64,000 nucleotides of DNA from the human T2T-CHM13v2.0 reference genome, Homo sapiens, in NCBI RefSeq assembly GCF_009914755.1, contig NC_060932.1, one strand, 5' to 3'. The position numbers were made by a program, and so were the translations under genes. Below, one piece after another: positions 39,336 through 52,198 of this stretch. The notes beneath the pieces are model-generated. The model was not told the origin of the DNA, ran no database searches, and worked only from the letters and a program-made list of their open reading frames with translations. The stretch's first letter is position 1. The number at the start of each line of letters is the position of its first letter.

Positions 39336-40537
39336 ATTACTCTGTACTTACTTATTGCTAAGGTTCCGCAACAAAACTGAAGTCTCCCTTATAGTTAGTT
39401 GAATTACTTCTATTGTTTAGTACCTTATATTATAAAATGTAGCCTTTATTGTTATCTATTGCTCCTTCTACCTCCTCTGTATTCCCATGATGTCTCTGCT
39501 GTGAGTAATGGTTATCGAATTTTTGGAAGTTAAGTGGCTTACACATTATCCCCTGGTAGAAACAGGCAACATATACTGACTCACTAAATTTGACTACCAA
39601 AATAAAATTTAAAATGCATAAAACCTAAAAATTCAGCTTCAGTATCATATAGTCTTTAATTCAGATCTCCCAACTAAGCAGAGAGAAAATAAAGAAATGA
39701 ATTCTAGATCCCTCAATATATAGACCTTATTCTAAGCCATTCTAATGTATTTTTGGTTGCCTTATAGTGTAAAAATGTTGAACAATACATAGTAATTTGA
39801 AGCAAATGCCTGTAAAATCATCTGGTTAGAATGTTTTAATATAGACTTTCCTGTTATTATTCTTTTTGTAATAGGAATCCATACTTGGCACATGACAGCT
39901 CTTAAATGTGTTTATTTTCAGTAAAAAAAATTGACATTTTCAATTACAGAATTAGACATTATCAGGAAACTTTGTAATTTCTTATTAGCAAAAATATCGA
40001 GTTTGTATGTGTAGGCGTTTAATTTATAGTGCATGCACAATATGCTTATCATCATCATTTATTTGGATGTAATGTAAAAAGAGTAGTTTGAATTGTTTCA
40101 ATATCTTAAAAAAAAAGAGAAGACTTTGAGTCTCAGGAAACTGCAGATTTACTATGCGATATATCACTTACAATAATGGAATGTGAAATTTAGGTTGCCA
40201 TTTGAAGCAATCTGGAAAATAATACCAGGTACAATGTAACATACTGGCAACATATTGTTTGTTATTTAACTTATGAGATTAAAATGCTAAAGCTGATATA
40301 ACCCATTTAAACAGTAACATTTATAACAACTAACTGATGTAAATAATCAACATCTTATTATGAAGAAACCATTTTCTATGTGGAATCATGTTATTACATG
40401 TTATTACATAATTAAATACATATATTTAATTATGTAAAATTTCTCTCACATTAAATAAACACAACTCTCATTAAACTTTTGCCATTTTTTAACCGTTATA
40501 GGTGAGTGGCATGAGTAATCAAATCAATCAAAAGGTA

Positions 40538-40830
40538 GGCCAGGTGCAGTGGCTCACACCTGTAATTTCAGCATTTTGTGAGGCTGAAGTCAGAGGATCA
40601 CTTGAGGCCAGGAGTTCATGACCAGCCTGGGAAACATAGTAAGACCCCATCTCTTAAAAAAAAAAAGCCAATGCTGTGGTGTGCACCTGTAGTCTCATCC
40701 ACAGAGGAGATTGAGGTGGGAGGGTTGTTTGAGCCCAGGAGTTTAAGGCTTCAGTGAGCCATGATCATGCCATTGCATTCTAGCCTGGGTGACTAGTAAG
40801 ATCTTTTTTTTTTCTTTTTTTCTTAAAAAA
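40538..40830 (+). mobile_element. AluJ
   Basis: ggccaggtgcagtggctcacacc...ggatcacttgaggccagg...gagcccaggagtt. Confidence 0.88.
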
Positions 40831-41063
40831 AGGATAATTGTTAAGGTACTATTATTATTTGAGGTTTTCATGTAGATACAAAACTGTATAAATAATGATA
40901 ATTATTGTTATTAATTTGTTTAAAATTATAGTTTTCTTTCATTCTCAACAAATTATTGAATTCCTAAGAAATGTCTGTTCCTCTTCTATATCATGTTATC
41001 TAATTACAGTTTGACTTGCTTATAGTCTGTTTAGAATATTTTGCATTACTGTGGTATCCATAA

Positions 41064-41427
41064 TGCAATGGACTGAACGTTTGTGTCCACCTTCAAATTC
41101 ATATGTTGAAATCCTAACACTCAATGTGATGGCATTAGGAAGTGGACTTTTGGTAGGTAATTAGGTTATCAGGGTGGAGCCCCCATTTTGGATTTAGAGC
41201 TCTTATAAAAGGCACCAGAGAGAGCGCTTTCTCCTCTCTCAGCCATATGTGAGGATACAAGGAGAAGAGAGTCATCTGTAACCTTGAAGAGGGAGCTCCT
41301 CAGAACATGACCATGCTGGCACTTTGATTTTGGACATGGAGCCTCTAGAAATGTAAAAAATAAATTTTTATTGTTCATAATCCACCTGGTCTATGATATT
41401 CTGTTATAGCTGCCTGAAACAACTACA
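41064..41427 (+). mobile_element. MLT1A-type solo LTR
   Basis: TGCAATGGACTGAACGTTTGTGTCC...CATATGTTGAAATCCTAAC...ends AACTACA. Confidence 0.85.
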
Positions 41428-41744
41428 TATAGCAAATGGTTAAAGCTTTCTCTTTTTCTGTCTCTCTTACCCATAATATTCCTATACCAGATTGCTCCCC
41501 TAAACAAAATATACTTGGGATGATTGCTATTTGATTGGCACTAAATAATCCACTTTCTCTATACTGCCTTTCCTTTGTCCATTGTGGTTACAAGACTGCA
41601 TGTTTTTCTTATCACTCCTTCTCTCTAGCTGAAATATCCTATACATATTTCTCAATTTAATGCTACTGCTTTGCAAATCAGGAAGATCATGAATGCCTAT
41701 AGATTTATAAAAAGTCACAAGAAAACAGATACTAGGATACATTC

Positions 41745-42257
41745 TGCCGAGACTAGCTTGGCTGGGGAGACCCTAACCCAGTGGTGCTAGAGTAATTAAA
41801 GATATACACACACAGAAATATAGAGTGTGGAGTGGGAAATCAGGGGTCTTACAGCCTTCAGAGCTGAGAGCCTCGAACAGAGATTTACTCATGTATTTAT
41901 TAACTGCAAGCCACTGATAATCATTGTTTCTATAGATTACAGATTAACTAAAAGTATTCCTTACGGGAAACAAAGAGATGGGCCGAAATAAAGGGATGGG
42001 TTTGGCTAGTTATCTGCAGCAGGAGCATGTCCTTAAGGCACAGATCGCTCATGCTATTGTCTGTGGTTTAAGAACGCCTTTAAGCAGTTTTCCGCTCTCG
42101 GTGGGCCAGGTGTTCCTTGCCCTCATTCCAGTAACCCACAACCTTCCAGTGTAGGCATCATGGCCATCATGAACATGTCACAGTGCTGCAGACAGTTTGT
42201 TTATGGCCAGCTTTGGGGCCAGTTTATGGCCAGATTTTGGGGGGCCTGTTCCCAACA
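41745..42257 (-). mobile_element. MER9 solo LTR (HERV-K HML-3)
   Basis: The minus strand starts TGTTGGGAACAGGCCCCCCAAAATCTGGCCATAAACTGGCCCC. TSD CATTC at 41740-41744 / 42258-42262. Confidence 0.92.
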
Positions 42258-43754
42258 CATTCACTGCCTAAATTCACTAATCCCTGAAGCCTTTTTAGAA
42301 GACTATCTTTTATGCTCCTGATAACCTTCTGTTTCAGGAGCTATATGGTTTATTCTATGGCTAACCTCTTTTTATACACATAGGGGTTGACAAGAATGCT
42401 GTGTTTAGTTGGATTTTCTGATAATTTTATATAGCTAATGGATATTTAAGAGTAAAATAGTCACAACTATTGTTTGAATATTATATTACATTATTGTGCT
42501 AGATAATATTTTAAAAATTATACTTCATTGTCTTAACTTTGTGTATTTTAATATAAACATAAAAACTTAGTGAAACATTATTCCATGGACACAATGTATG
42601 AGATAGGATGTCTAAATATACACAGTTGAGAAAGAAGAAGGTTAATTGTTTCAACTATATTAATAAAAGTTAATTAGTTGAAAAGACCAGGATTAATAAT
42701 GGTGGGATTTTCTTGTATTGCTATACCTTGAGAGTAGAAAAAATAGTTTGAACTTAGGTTAAGGTCATAAAATAGAGAAAATATCAAAACGTGTTTGGTA
42801 GAAAATGATAGTTTTATCTACAACTTTATGTCAGTTTAACAACAACTGGCAATCAAAGACTATTCATCCAGAGCTCAATTCAAATGGAATCTTGCAAGGT
42901 CTCATATTAGAGATGGAGAAGAAAAGTTTTGATAAAAACTAGATTGTGAAAAAAAAGTTTGCTACATGAAGGAAAAAGAGAATAAGAAATTATCTTTTAA
43001 AATATCAAAAATACACAACTGAAGACAAAAAATGAGAGTAAACTGGTACATAAAGAGAAGGATTCTGAGGCACATTTAATAAAATGTGATGAAGTGATTG
43101 AAAGAAAAGCAGATGCTGAACATTAGGTGAACAACTGCATTATCTTTATTTGAACCATTGTGTTTAAGCAAATTATTTCTTATAGCCTTTTCTGTATTTT
43201 GATGTTTCTGTTTGTCTTATATTTCCTGCTACTATTGCTCTTTTTAACCTATTGTGATTGTCTGATACTTTCATATTTTCAAGATATTACTTGTAGAAAG
43301 TCCTTCTTTGGGAAAATATGATTAAAAAATCAAAATATTATAAGGAAACACCAGATGTTTAAAATAAATTATTTGAATACATCCTAGGACAAGAAATCTG
43401 CTAGGGCTGATGAGTGAAACTCTATGCTATTATCTGGGATACTAGAGGTGAACATAGGGCAAGATAAGAACAGAGGAGAAGTTTTATTTCTGAGCTTGGA
43501 GACATCAAGATGTTTCACAAGACTTGTCACTTGAGCTGAGAATTGAGAAAATGATATGTATCTAAAGTAGTATAAAATCTATCATGATTTGTACTATAAC
43601 ACTTAGATGTCATAAATGAATCTTAAATTTGACAAGTCTAAAATAGGTCTTACATTTTCTGTAAGAATGTTTGCATTCTCTTTCCAGTTGTTTTGGCCAA
43701 AAACTGGACACATTTATGCTTCCTTTCTTTTCTTTCTACTCCATACTCCACTAT

Positions 43755-43958
43755 TGCATGTGGCTGAAGGTGAAAGGGCCAAGAAAGAGCAAGAGGGAAC
43801 ATGAATTCATTCTTTTATTATGGTATCAATTCCAGTCAACAAAATAGAGCCCACATGGACTAATCACCTCTTAAAGTTTCCACCTCTTAATATTGTTACA
43901 ATGGCAATTAAATATCAACATGAGTTTTGAAGTAGACAAAACCATTCAAGCTATAACA
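43755..43958 (-). mobile_element. MSTC/D-type LTR fragment
   Basis: taatcacctcttaaagtttccacctcttaatattgttacaatggcaattaaatatcaacatgagtttt. Confidence 0.7.
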
Positions 43959-44069
43959 CACTTCAAACAGTGTATTTTATAATATCTAAATTATGAATAA
44001 ATAAATAGATAAGACAAAATATACTATGATCAGTCCTTAGAGTGTTTTCATCCATGGGTTGGCCTATCT

Positions 44070-44320
44070 GTTTTATATTTCAAAAAGATCATTTGGAGAG
44101 TGGAGAATGAAGGAAGGGTGGGCAGGTTGGCAGAACAGACCATATGGAGACCAGTTGGGAGGTTGTTAAAGTAGTGGAGGTAGAGAAATTGAAGCCTTTG
44201 ATGGTGATAATTCATGAAAAGTAGAGAGGTGAACTGACATGTTTTGGAAGTTGAATGCCAGGACATGTTGATAAATGAAATGTGCGTGATGGGTTAAATA
44301 AAGAAAGAAATCAAGAATTC
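44070..44320 (-). mobile_element. L2 fragment
   Basis: ttttatatttcaaaaagatcatttgg...ggagaccagttgggaggttgtt. Confidence 0.6.
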
Positions 44321-47300
44321 CTATCTTTATTTTTTGTTACATCTTTTACATTATATTGTTTACTATGTCTTTTCCCATGAGTTACAATCTGCTGGCAAGG
44401 AGAGAAAGGAGGGGTAAGAGGTAGCAAACCCTTGTATAGTGACTGGCATTGTTTTCCACTCCATGTTTTCAACCAATAGACTTATCTTTCCCCTCTTTTT
44501 CTTTTTGAGCACTTGCTCCCATACATTTCACATTGAAGGCATTAGGGGCAATTATTCAAACACTTAGCAGCTTTTTTAGTCTTCACAGTTCTCCCACTGT
44601 ACTTTGGTATGACTATTTGTGATTGATGAGCCTGAATAGTCTCTGATTTGAGGCTTGCAGTGATTTTTTGCTGTTGTTGTTGTTGTCTGAATTAGAAAAT
44701 TCTACCTAGAGTGCTTTAAAGTATTTTGAAATCATCCAAATTCTCACTGAGACATTGCTCATTATCTCTTGGTTTGATATGTAGGAAGATGGCCACTGTG
44801 CAATTTAAAGTCTCTGTCTTCTCTTTGTTTGATTTCACTCTAACAAATTCTTGGAAAATTTTAGTGCTGTAACAGAAATTCTACTTTACTGGTTCCAGGA
44901 AAGGTTTTATACCACAACTAGGACAGATTTTTGAGGCAACAGAGCAAAGGCATTTGTCACTTATTTTTCCATAGCTGTTTCATATGACGGTTGAGAGGAA
45001 ATTCAAAATAAAGTTTATGTATAACGATATTTAAGGATAAGGACCAATCCCACTAGACTAGTGAATGGCTTGTGCTTTTGGTTGAGTCTTTCTCTCTTTC
45101 TACAGTGTCAGATTGTTTACATCTCAACCTCACAGCTCGTGTCTCATTTAAGAAGACAGCATTCCTCGCAGAGAGCAGTGTCATAAAAAGTATTATGGCA
45201 GAAAGAACTGATGCCTTAAGCTGAGGGAAAGCTGTGGTGTTCTGTTGTCTTTTACAATTTTTTAAAAATAAAAACCTTCAAAGTAGGTATATTCCTCTTA
45301 GTCTCCAGCATGCATATCAACATTATACAAAATAATTTATATTACATACTGTTTATACAGGATGAATTTGAGATTCTTAAAAAATCAAGTTGTAGATTAT
45401 GCAGCCTCTTTGAGAGTAACATTTATTTACAGTTTGGTAAAAGAATGAGAAAAGGAGGATTTTTTTAATCTTAAGAAATTTAGAACTTGATGAGATAGGG
45501 AAAGGTTTCCATTTTATCACTCCCTTTTGTGAGGATAAAAACCATTCCCCAGCCTCTCTTTAATGGCCACAATACCCTATAACTCACTTTAAACACACAG
45601 GAAAATGACCTCAAATGTTTATTTGGCCAGTATTAAAATAAAAATTAACTACATAATCTTCTTAAGGAGACATTATATCCAACACATGGTGTTTTTATGG
45701 GTTGAAAATTTCTATTCATTATCACTTTCAGTGTCTCAATTTTTATTTAGCTAAATATTATCTTCTGTCCATTTATATTTTTACCATTACTGGTCTTGAC
45801 TGACCTATACATTTTATATTGTATAAATATAAAAGGCTCTATTATCTTCTTCCTACTCCAAAATTATAACTTAAGTACAATGTGCTTATTTTTCTAAAAT
45901 TGTATATTTCTAATCACACTTTTTCTCAGAATGTCCCATCCCATTCACACTGTTTTGCCTTTTCTTGCCCCCTTCTTTCTGGCCGAAATAATTTATCTCC
46001 CTGCCCTGCAGCTTCCCAAGCCCACTTTTCTCTAGTAAAGTCCCGCACAAGTATACACTTATCTGAAAACATCATTGTCTTTATGCCACCAATGTGTTTT
46101 GCATGTGCTTCTCTTAAAGGTCCAATTTTAGTATATTGAGTAATAATTTCATTACCTATTTGAACTTCCTACTAGATTGAAGATGACTTCATCTCTCACA
46201 GGGCACTGCATTTAGCAGCCATTCAAAAGGTATTTTGAATGATTGCAAGAAAGAGTAATTCAGTTGTAAAAAGAATGAATAAGTTGATTTTAAACAATTG
46301 AGGAGACAAAACAAACCACAGAAGAGGCATTTTGCTGTCCTGTTGGCTGTGTGTTGAATTGAAATGCCAGCACTCTGTGGGAGAAAAACAAACAAACAAA
46401 CAAAAAACAAAACAAAAAAACAAACATGACAGTGAAATACAGTCTAAAGAAAATTTGATTTTGGTAGTCATCTTCTAGGTCTATTCTGATCTCATCTCCT
46501 CAGCATGATTTCAATGAAGAAAGACACATAAACTGGCTAAGACTTTCCCTCTTTACATCTGGCTGGAACTGCATCTCACCTAGCCTGATGAGAAAAAAGA
46601 ACCCAATCAAGCCTAAATTTATATCCTAATACACAAGTTCATTAACACCCAGGCAGGAATAAATTTCAATCTTTCAAAAGTTTCTGTGATCAATCTAAAA
46701 TAGCATACGTGAGAAGGGATATACTTACAAAGAAAATTGTTATTATAAGGTTTTTAGAAATGAATGCTGTGGATCATCTAAAGTATAAACTTCAATTTCC
46801 CAAACTTTTAGCTTTAATGAAGTTTAAAAGTTTAATTAAACTTTCATCATTATTACTTCTGATTTTTCCTTCTCTGTTTCGTTTGCGATTATAAATGGAT
46901 GAAGAAAAGCAATACCATGGATTATGGTTTATTTTTTAATTTTTACTGAGCAATGGATAATTCACCTGGGAATGTAAATCACACATGAAGGGAGAATTCA
47001 ACTTGCCTATAAGGTGACATCCAGAGCAAGGTACTCTATTAAATATCACTTCTCCTCTATACACTGAATCTTTCCTCTACATTCCCACCTTACTTCTATA
47101 AACATTTGCTATTACCTACTCTATGCAAGTAGCTATATTAGGCCATGGATCATTGCCAACATTTTCAGCAGAAGTTACAGAAAACTCTAATATCTCATTT
47201 TATATCTCAAATACATACTGATTTAGATAAAACCTTGTATTATAATTTCGTTATGGTGCCGATTGATGGAACTTGGAGAGCTATAGGTTACAAATCAGTT

Positions 47301-50300
47301 AAAGCATAAGGAGATAACTTTAGTCTACATAGAACAATCCTAAAACTCAGACTCATAATTGTAACCATAACCAAAGAGGGAGTGGAAGCAAGAAAAAAAT
47401 AGTAAAACATTTTCAGAAGAATATTCAATGAAGTCTTTCAAAAATAATTATAAAAATTAACTTTTACTAATGGAAACATAGCTCAAATGTTGAAAGCATA
47501 GAAATAGTTATGTTTTCATATACATATTGCCAATTAATATTTTTATACATAACTATAGATAAAAATAGAGTTTTAGATACAGAGACAGATAGTTGTGCAT
47601 TTAGAATTATATTGAGTAATCATCAAAATTATATGTGTCGATTTGTTTTATCCACGAGTGGTTATAATTTATGCCGAAATATACACAGTCTGGTTTGTAA
47701 TGACTTGTTTAGTTGTGGTAAGTGTTCACAAAAGTGATAAGCATATATAGGACTGACTTAATTAATCTTCAATAAAACAATACATTATTAGATCAGAACA
47801 AATCTAATTCCATTTTGGAGTGATACCAACATTATTTTGGCTTTTTTATCCAAGTGTTCTGGTTATCTAGAATCTGTTTTGTTGGAAAGATACATGGATT
47901 TGTAATGACCTTTATTTCAAGACTGAGCTTTGGCATTTCCTGGCTCTATGACTTAAAGAATAATCTAACCATCTTGATTTGTTTTTCAATAAATGCAGGT
48001 AATGACATTGAAATCTCATACAAAAGTAATATATGCTCAAACACTCTGTAAGCTGTAAAGAACTATTTAAACCTGTTATTAGCAGTATGTTCTTCTTGCA
48101 GTATGCACTGGAATTGTGTGCTTGTGGGTTTTCCATTCCAACTTGTTTGGCAGAAACAATAAGTTCACCCATCATTATAAATGTAAATGATAGGCAGAGG
48201 CTTAGAAATGGAGACTTCCAATATATTTTGAATTCAAATATACAAAATTAATGAAAATGGATATTTAAATATATTCAAAGATAAATATTAGCATACCATG
48301 TTTAAACTCTTAAATTCTGTGTATTTTTTATCAACTTTGCAAATATTCTCTCATTCAACACAAATGGTAATACATTCCTAGACTCTCACACATAAGCAAA
48401 CATAACCATGGATCATGGTGTTTTACTGTCACCATAACCACATGTTGAGGGGACCACTAAGTCTGGAAAATAGATCTAGTTCTTCACGGATTTGATAGTT
48501 AACTGGAGTTAAATAAATAAATATATTTATATACACAAACACATGCTGGAGTTAAATATATATGTTTATATACGATATACATTAAAAAATATATTTTAAT
48601 GTCTAGATGTAAAACAAGTGAACAAGTAGACCACTCAGGCATATGATACAAATATGATGAGCCAAAGCAAAGAGTTTTATGAATAACAATTTCATAGTCT
48701 GGAGTCATATATATATATTTTTTAACTCTAGGCATTAAAAATAATATTGACATACTTTTTCAGCTGAGTTATTCAGGAGAAAAGAGTTACATTATATTTC
48801 ACATACAAAGGAGTGAATAGGGGAGTTAGCTGGCAAGCATTCCTGGACATGGAAAGATCCAGGCAGATTCAGGTTTGAGACTAAATGGATAGTAAAAGTT
48901 GGTCAAGCTTTCACATGTCATCAAACAAGGAGTTATTGTACAGATTTAGTTTTTACCATTTTACCTTTCCTTTGCACTCCAGCTATTTTGGATTGCTCAC
49001 AATTCCCAGAAAATCTCAGGGCTTTTGAAATTGTCTGAAATATATTCCTTTCCTTATTCTTTCCATCGGGTCACTGTCAACTTTCCCTAAATTTCAACTT
49101 TTTATTATTTTCATAATAGCTGGTATTGCTTTTGTAAGATATTCCTTATAGGCATTTTGTCAATATGACTCCATATATATTTTATCCTTAAATTTCTAAT
49201 ACCTACACTGTGATGCTTTACCACTTAGAAGATAATATGTACAACTTTCCTGGGACAAATAAACTTTTTATTAATTAATGATATTTATGAAGGCAACGCT
49301 AGATTTCCATGAGTGCATGATCTTATTTATACATAGTGTGTAGTATTTGAAATATATGCTGTATATAAATTTACATTAGAAATGATGTTAGGTAATCTTT
49401 ATAACATTGCTGAGATTACAAAATATATTCCAGCTAAAACTACTCTATCAAGTTTTAACTTTTACATTTGTTTTATCAAAATATTTTAAGTAATTATGAA
49501 CTTTATTATGCCAAATTTTCAGAAAGTCAGAATAAACCTGTTGTAAACAGGTACGGTGATTTACCTTAATTTTATCTGACCGTTGGAATGTGAACCTTTC
49601 TTTTATAGGAATACATTAATGGAACTTCATTATTATTCAATTGGTATGTATTCTTCAGACTCTGAAGTTGTTATTCATAAAACTCTTTGCTTTAGTCTAC
49701 CATAGTATTACTAGCCTTTGCCAGAGTGTTTTACTTGTTCTCTAGGTATTGATTTTTCCCCTTTGTAGAATTCAATTTGTGCCAAAAATTTAATACTTTA
49801 AAATCAATACATTAAGATATGCAGGTGAAGTCTCAAATTTCTCATCATTTTAGATATCTACTTATCATTTTTACAATAAAATAAAGTCACATCTGAAAAA
49901 AATGAACTGAAAGTATAAAGGCAAAATATAATAGAAAGCTGCAAAGAGAATAATAATATGTTAATAAATGGTTCACAAAGAATACTGTAAGCAGCAGTGA
50001 TGAAAACAGTAATAATGCCAATTGTATGGTCAAAAGAAAAGGCACGGAGAAGGTCAAGAACACACTTACTTTCATTCTTGGCTGGTAATTTTCCATTAGT
50101 CTCCTACGCACACTATTGCCTTCAATCTACTTAGGAGGTAGATTATTCAAGGTATGGTAGCTGGTCACACATTCTGGAAAATAGTTTGCTGTGCTTTGAA
50201 TAAGGCAATTAATTGCCCTTTGACTGGTAGGGCAAATTCTCTGATCATGTTCACCCACTCATTTGACAAATATTTATGTGCCCACTTTAGGCTGGGCATG

Positions 50301-50559
50301 CAATTGCGAACCACATAGTCTTTGTATTCAAGGAGATTTCTGCATTGGGCAGATTACTTTTAATCTGTTACTTGCCTTCCCTTGCTCTTATAGCCAACAG
50401 CAGTACTAATGAGATGATTTTCTGGCCAAAGGAAGGAATTCTGTGTTTCAACCAAGCTACTCAGTCTAAAGGGATTTAAACCTTACATTGTCACAATCTT
50501 TCATATTGGAAGATGTTTGTTTTTGTTTAGTTGTTTCTATGCCTGTGAAACTCTATAAG

Positions 50560-50740
50560 GGTGGTGGTCAAATTTTAGTGGCTCAGGTAATCACATAAGA
50601 AACCTGTTAGAAATGCGAAGTTTCAAGACCCACCTTCAAAAATTTTTATTTAATTAAGTCTGGGCTGATGCTCCCAACCTGTGTCTTTGGTACTACAGAT
50701 GATTTCAATGTAGGTAATTCATAATCCATATTTTCAGAAA
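50560..50740. mobile_element. MER5-type hAT MITE
   Basis: gtggtcaaattttagtg...aatcac...gttagaaatgc...gatttcaatgtaggt; degenerate. Confidence 0.55.
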
Positions 50741-51218
50741 ATCAAAATTTAATTTTAGTTTATGGAGTTTGTGTAGGCTTGGAAATAATATTTTTGGGTT
50801 TGGGAGTTATTTGTTGCTTGTTTTATTCCTTTATGAGGTTTGGAACATTTTTATCATGTAGAAATGTCCTTTTTGATTATGAGATAACTCTTTATAAAAT
50901 TGGTTTTCTCTCTCTCTCTCTCTGTCATTATTTTAAAGCTCTATAAAATTATCCAAAGAAGTTAAACACATACTATTTTGATTGCATAGAATAATAATAA
51001 AAAATAACACTGAATGTGGTAGCTGGAAAAAGGTGAAAATAATAAAATAGTTCCAGCGAAAATCTCTGTCTTTTGATTTCAAGTTGTACAGCAGTAGAAG
51101 ACAAAAAAATTTCTTTTTTCAACACTCAACCTGCAAAGTCATGTCAAGTGCAACGAATTTGGAATGTCAGCACCTTGATTAACCCAGATTGTCTGAATTA
51201 TAATCTCTTAAAAGTGAC

Positions 51219-51460
51219 TTTTTAATTTATTTATTTTTTAATTTTTATTTATTTATTATTTATTTATTTATTTATTATTATTATTATACTTTTAGTTTTA
51301 GGGTACATGTGCACAATGTGCAGGTTAGTTACATATGTATACATGTGCCATGCTGGTGTGCTGCACCCATTAACTCATCATTTAGCATTAGGTATATCTC
51401 CTAAAGCCTCCCCACTCCTCCCACCCGACAACAGTCCCCAGGGTGTGATGTTCCCCTTCC
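51219..51460 (-). mobile_element. Very short L1PA 3' end
   Basis: (TTTA)n tail, then tttagggtacatgtgcacaatgtgcagg...gtgtgatgttccccttcc. No TSD seen. Confidence 0.9.
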
Positions 51461-51907
51461 TTTTCCATTCCTGTTCAAGTTCTGCTTTCCTCTCTATGTC
51501 CCAAGTTATGCATCACCTAGCTGATTTTTTTCTGTGGTTAGAAATAGGTTCAGATCCACTGTAGATACTGTAGGACTATTTAGATTTACACAGAATAGTA
51601 AGTATCATTTCTCTCCAAGAATGATTTCCATGTCCATCTGTGGAATTTCCTCTAAAGATGAGAATTCTTCATAGTTTCTCAAACCTTGACAGGAATAAAA
51701 GTTCTAAGCATATAGTTACAAATCAGACTATGGTGGGCTAATAATGTGAGGTATGTGAACCTAGTTTGACAAAAATAACTAAAACAGCACACAGGTTTCC
51801 ATGCCAGTATATGCTTCCATCATTTTCCGTAAGTTGCTATAATTACTTGGTGACCAAGTTTCATCAACTTCAGTAAGAATTGTAATATTCATTTAGGAAT
51901 GAGCTCA

Positions 51908-52198
51908 GGCCAGGCACAGAGGCTCACATCTGTAATCCCAGTACTTTGGGAGGCCAAGGAGGGAGGATCCCTTGAGGCCAGGAGTTTGAAATCAGACTGG
52001 TCAACATAGTGAGACTCTGTCTCTACAAAAACAAAAATAAATTTTTAAAAAGTAGCTGAATGTTGTGGTATGCACCTGTGGTCCCAGGTACTTAGGAGAC
52101 AGGAGCAGGAGAACGGCTTGAGCCCATGATTTTAAGGTTGCAGTGAGCTGTGATTGTGTCACTGCATGGAAGACTGGGCAAAGATAAAACAACCATAA
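51908..52198 (+). mobile_element. AluJ
   Basis: TSD AAT(G/A)AGCTCA on both sides. Confidence 0.88.

Noticed and set aside
45085-45292. Plus-strand exon (acceptor ...TTTCTACAG at 45105, donor-like TAG|GTATAT at ~45286)
   Set aside because: Weak donor and no recognisable coding frame; not distinguishable from chance.
48503-48590. Short tandem duplication (CTGGAGTTAAATA… x2), and a similar one at 26423-26459
   Set aside because: Ordinary slippage duplications in AT-rich DNA.
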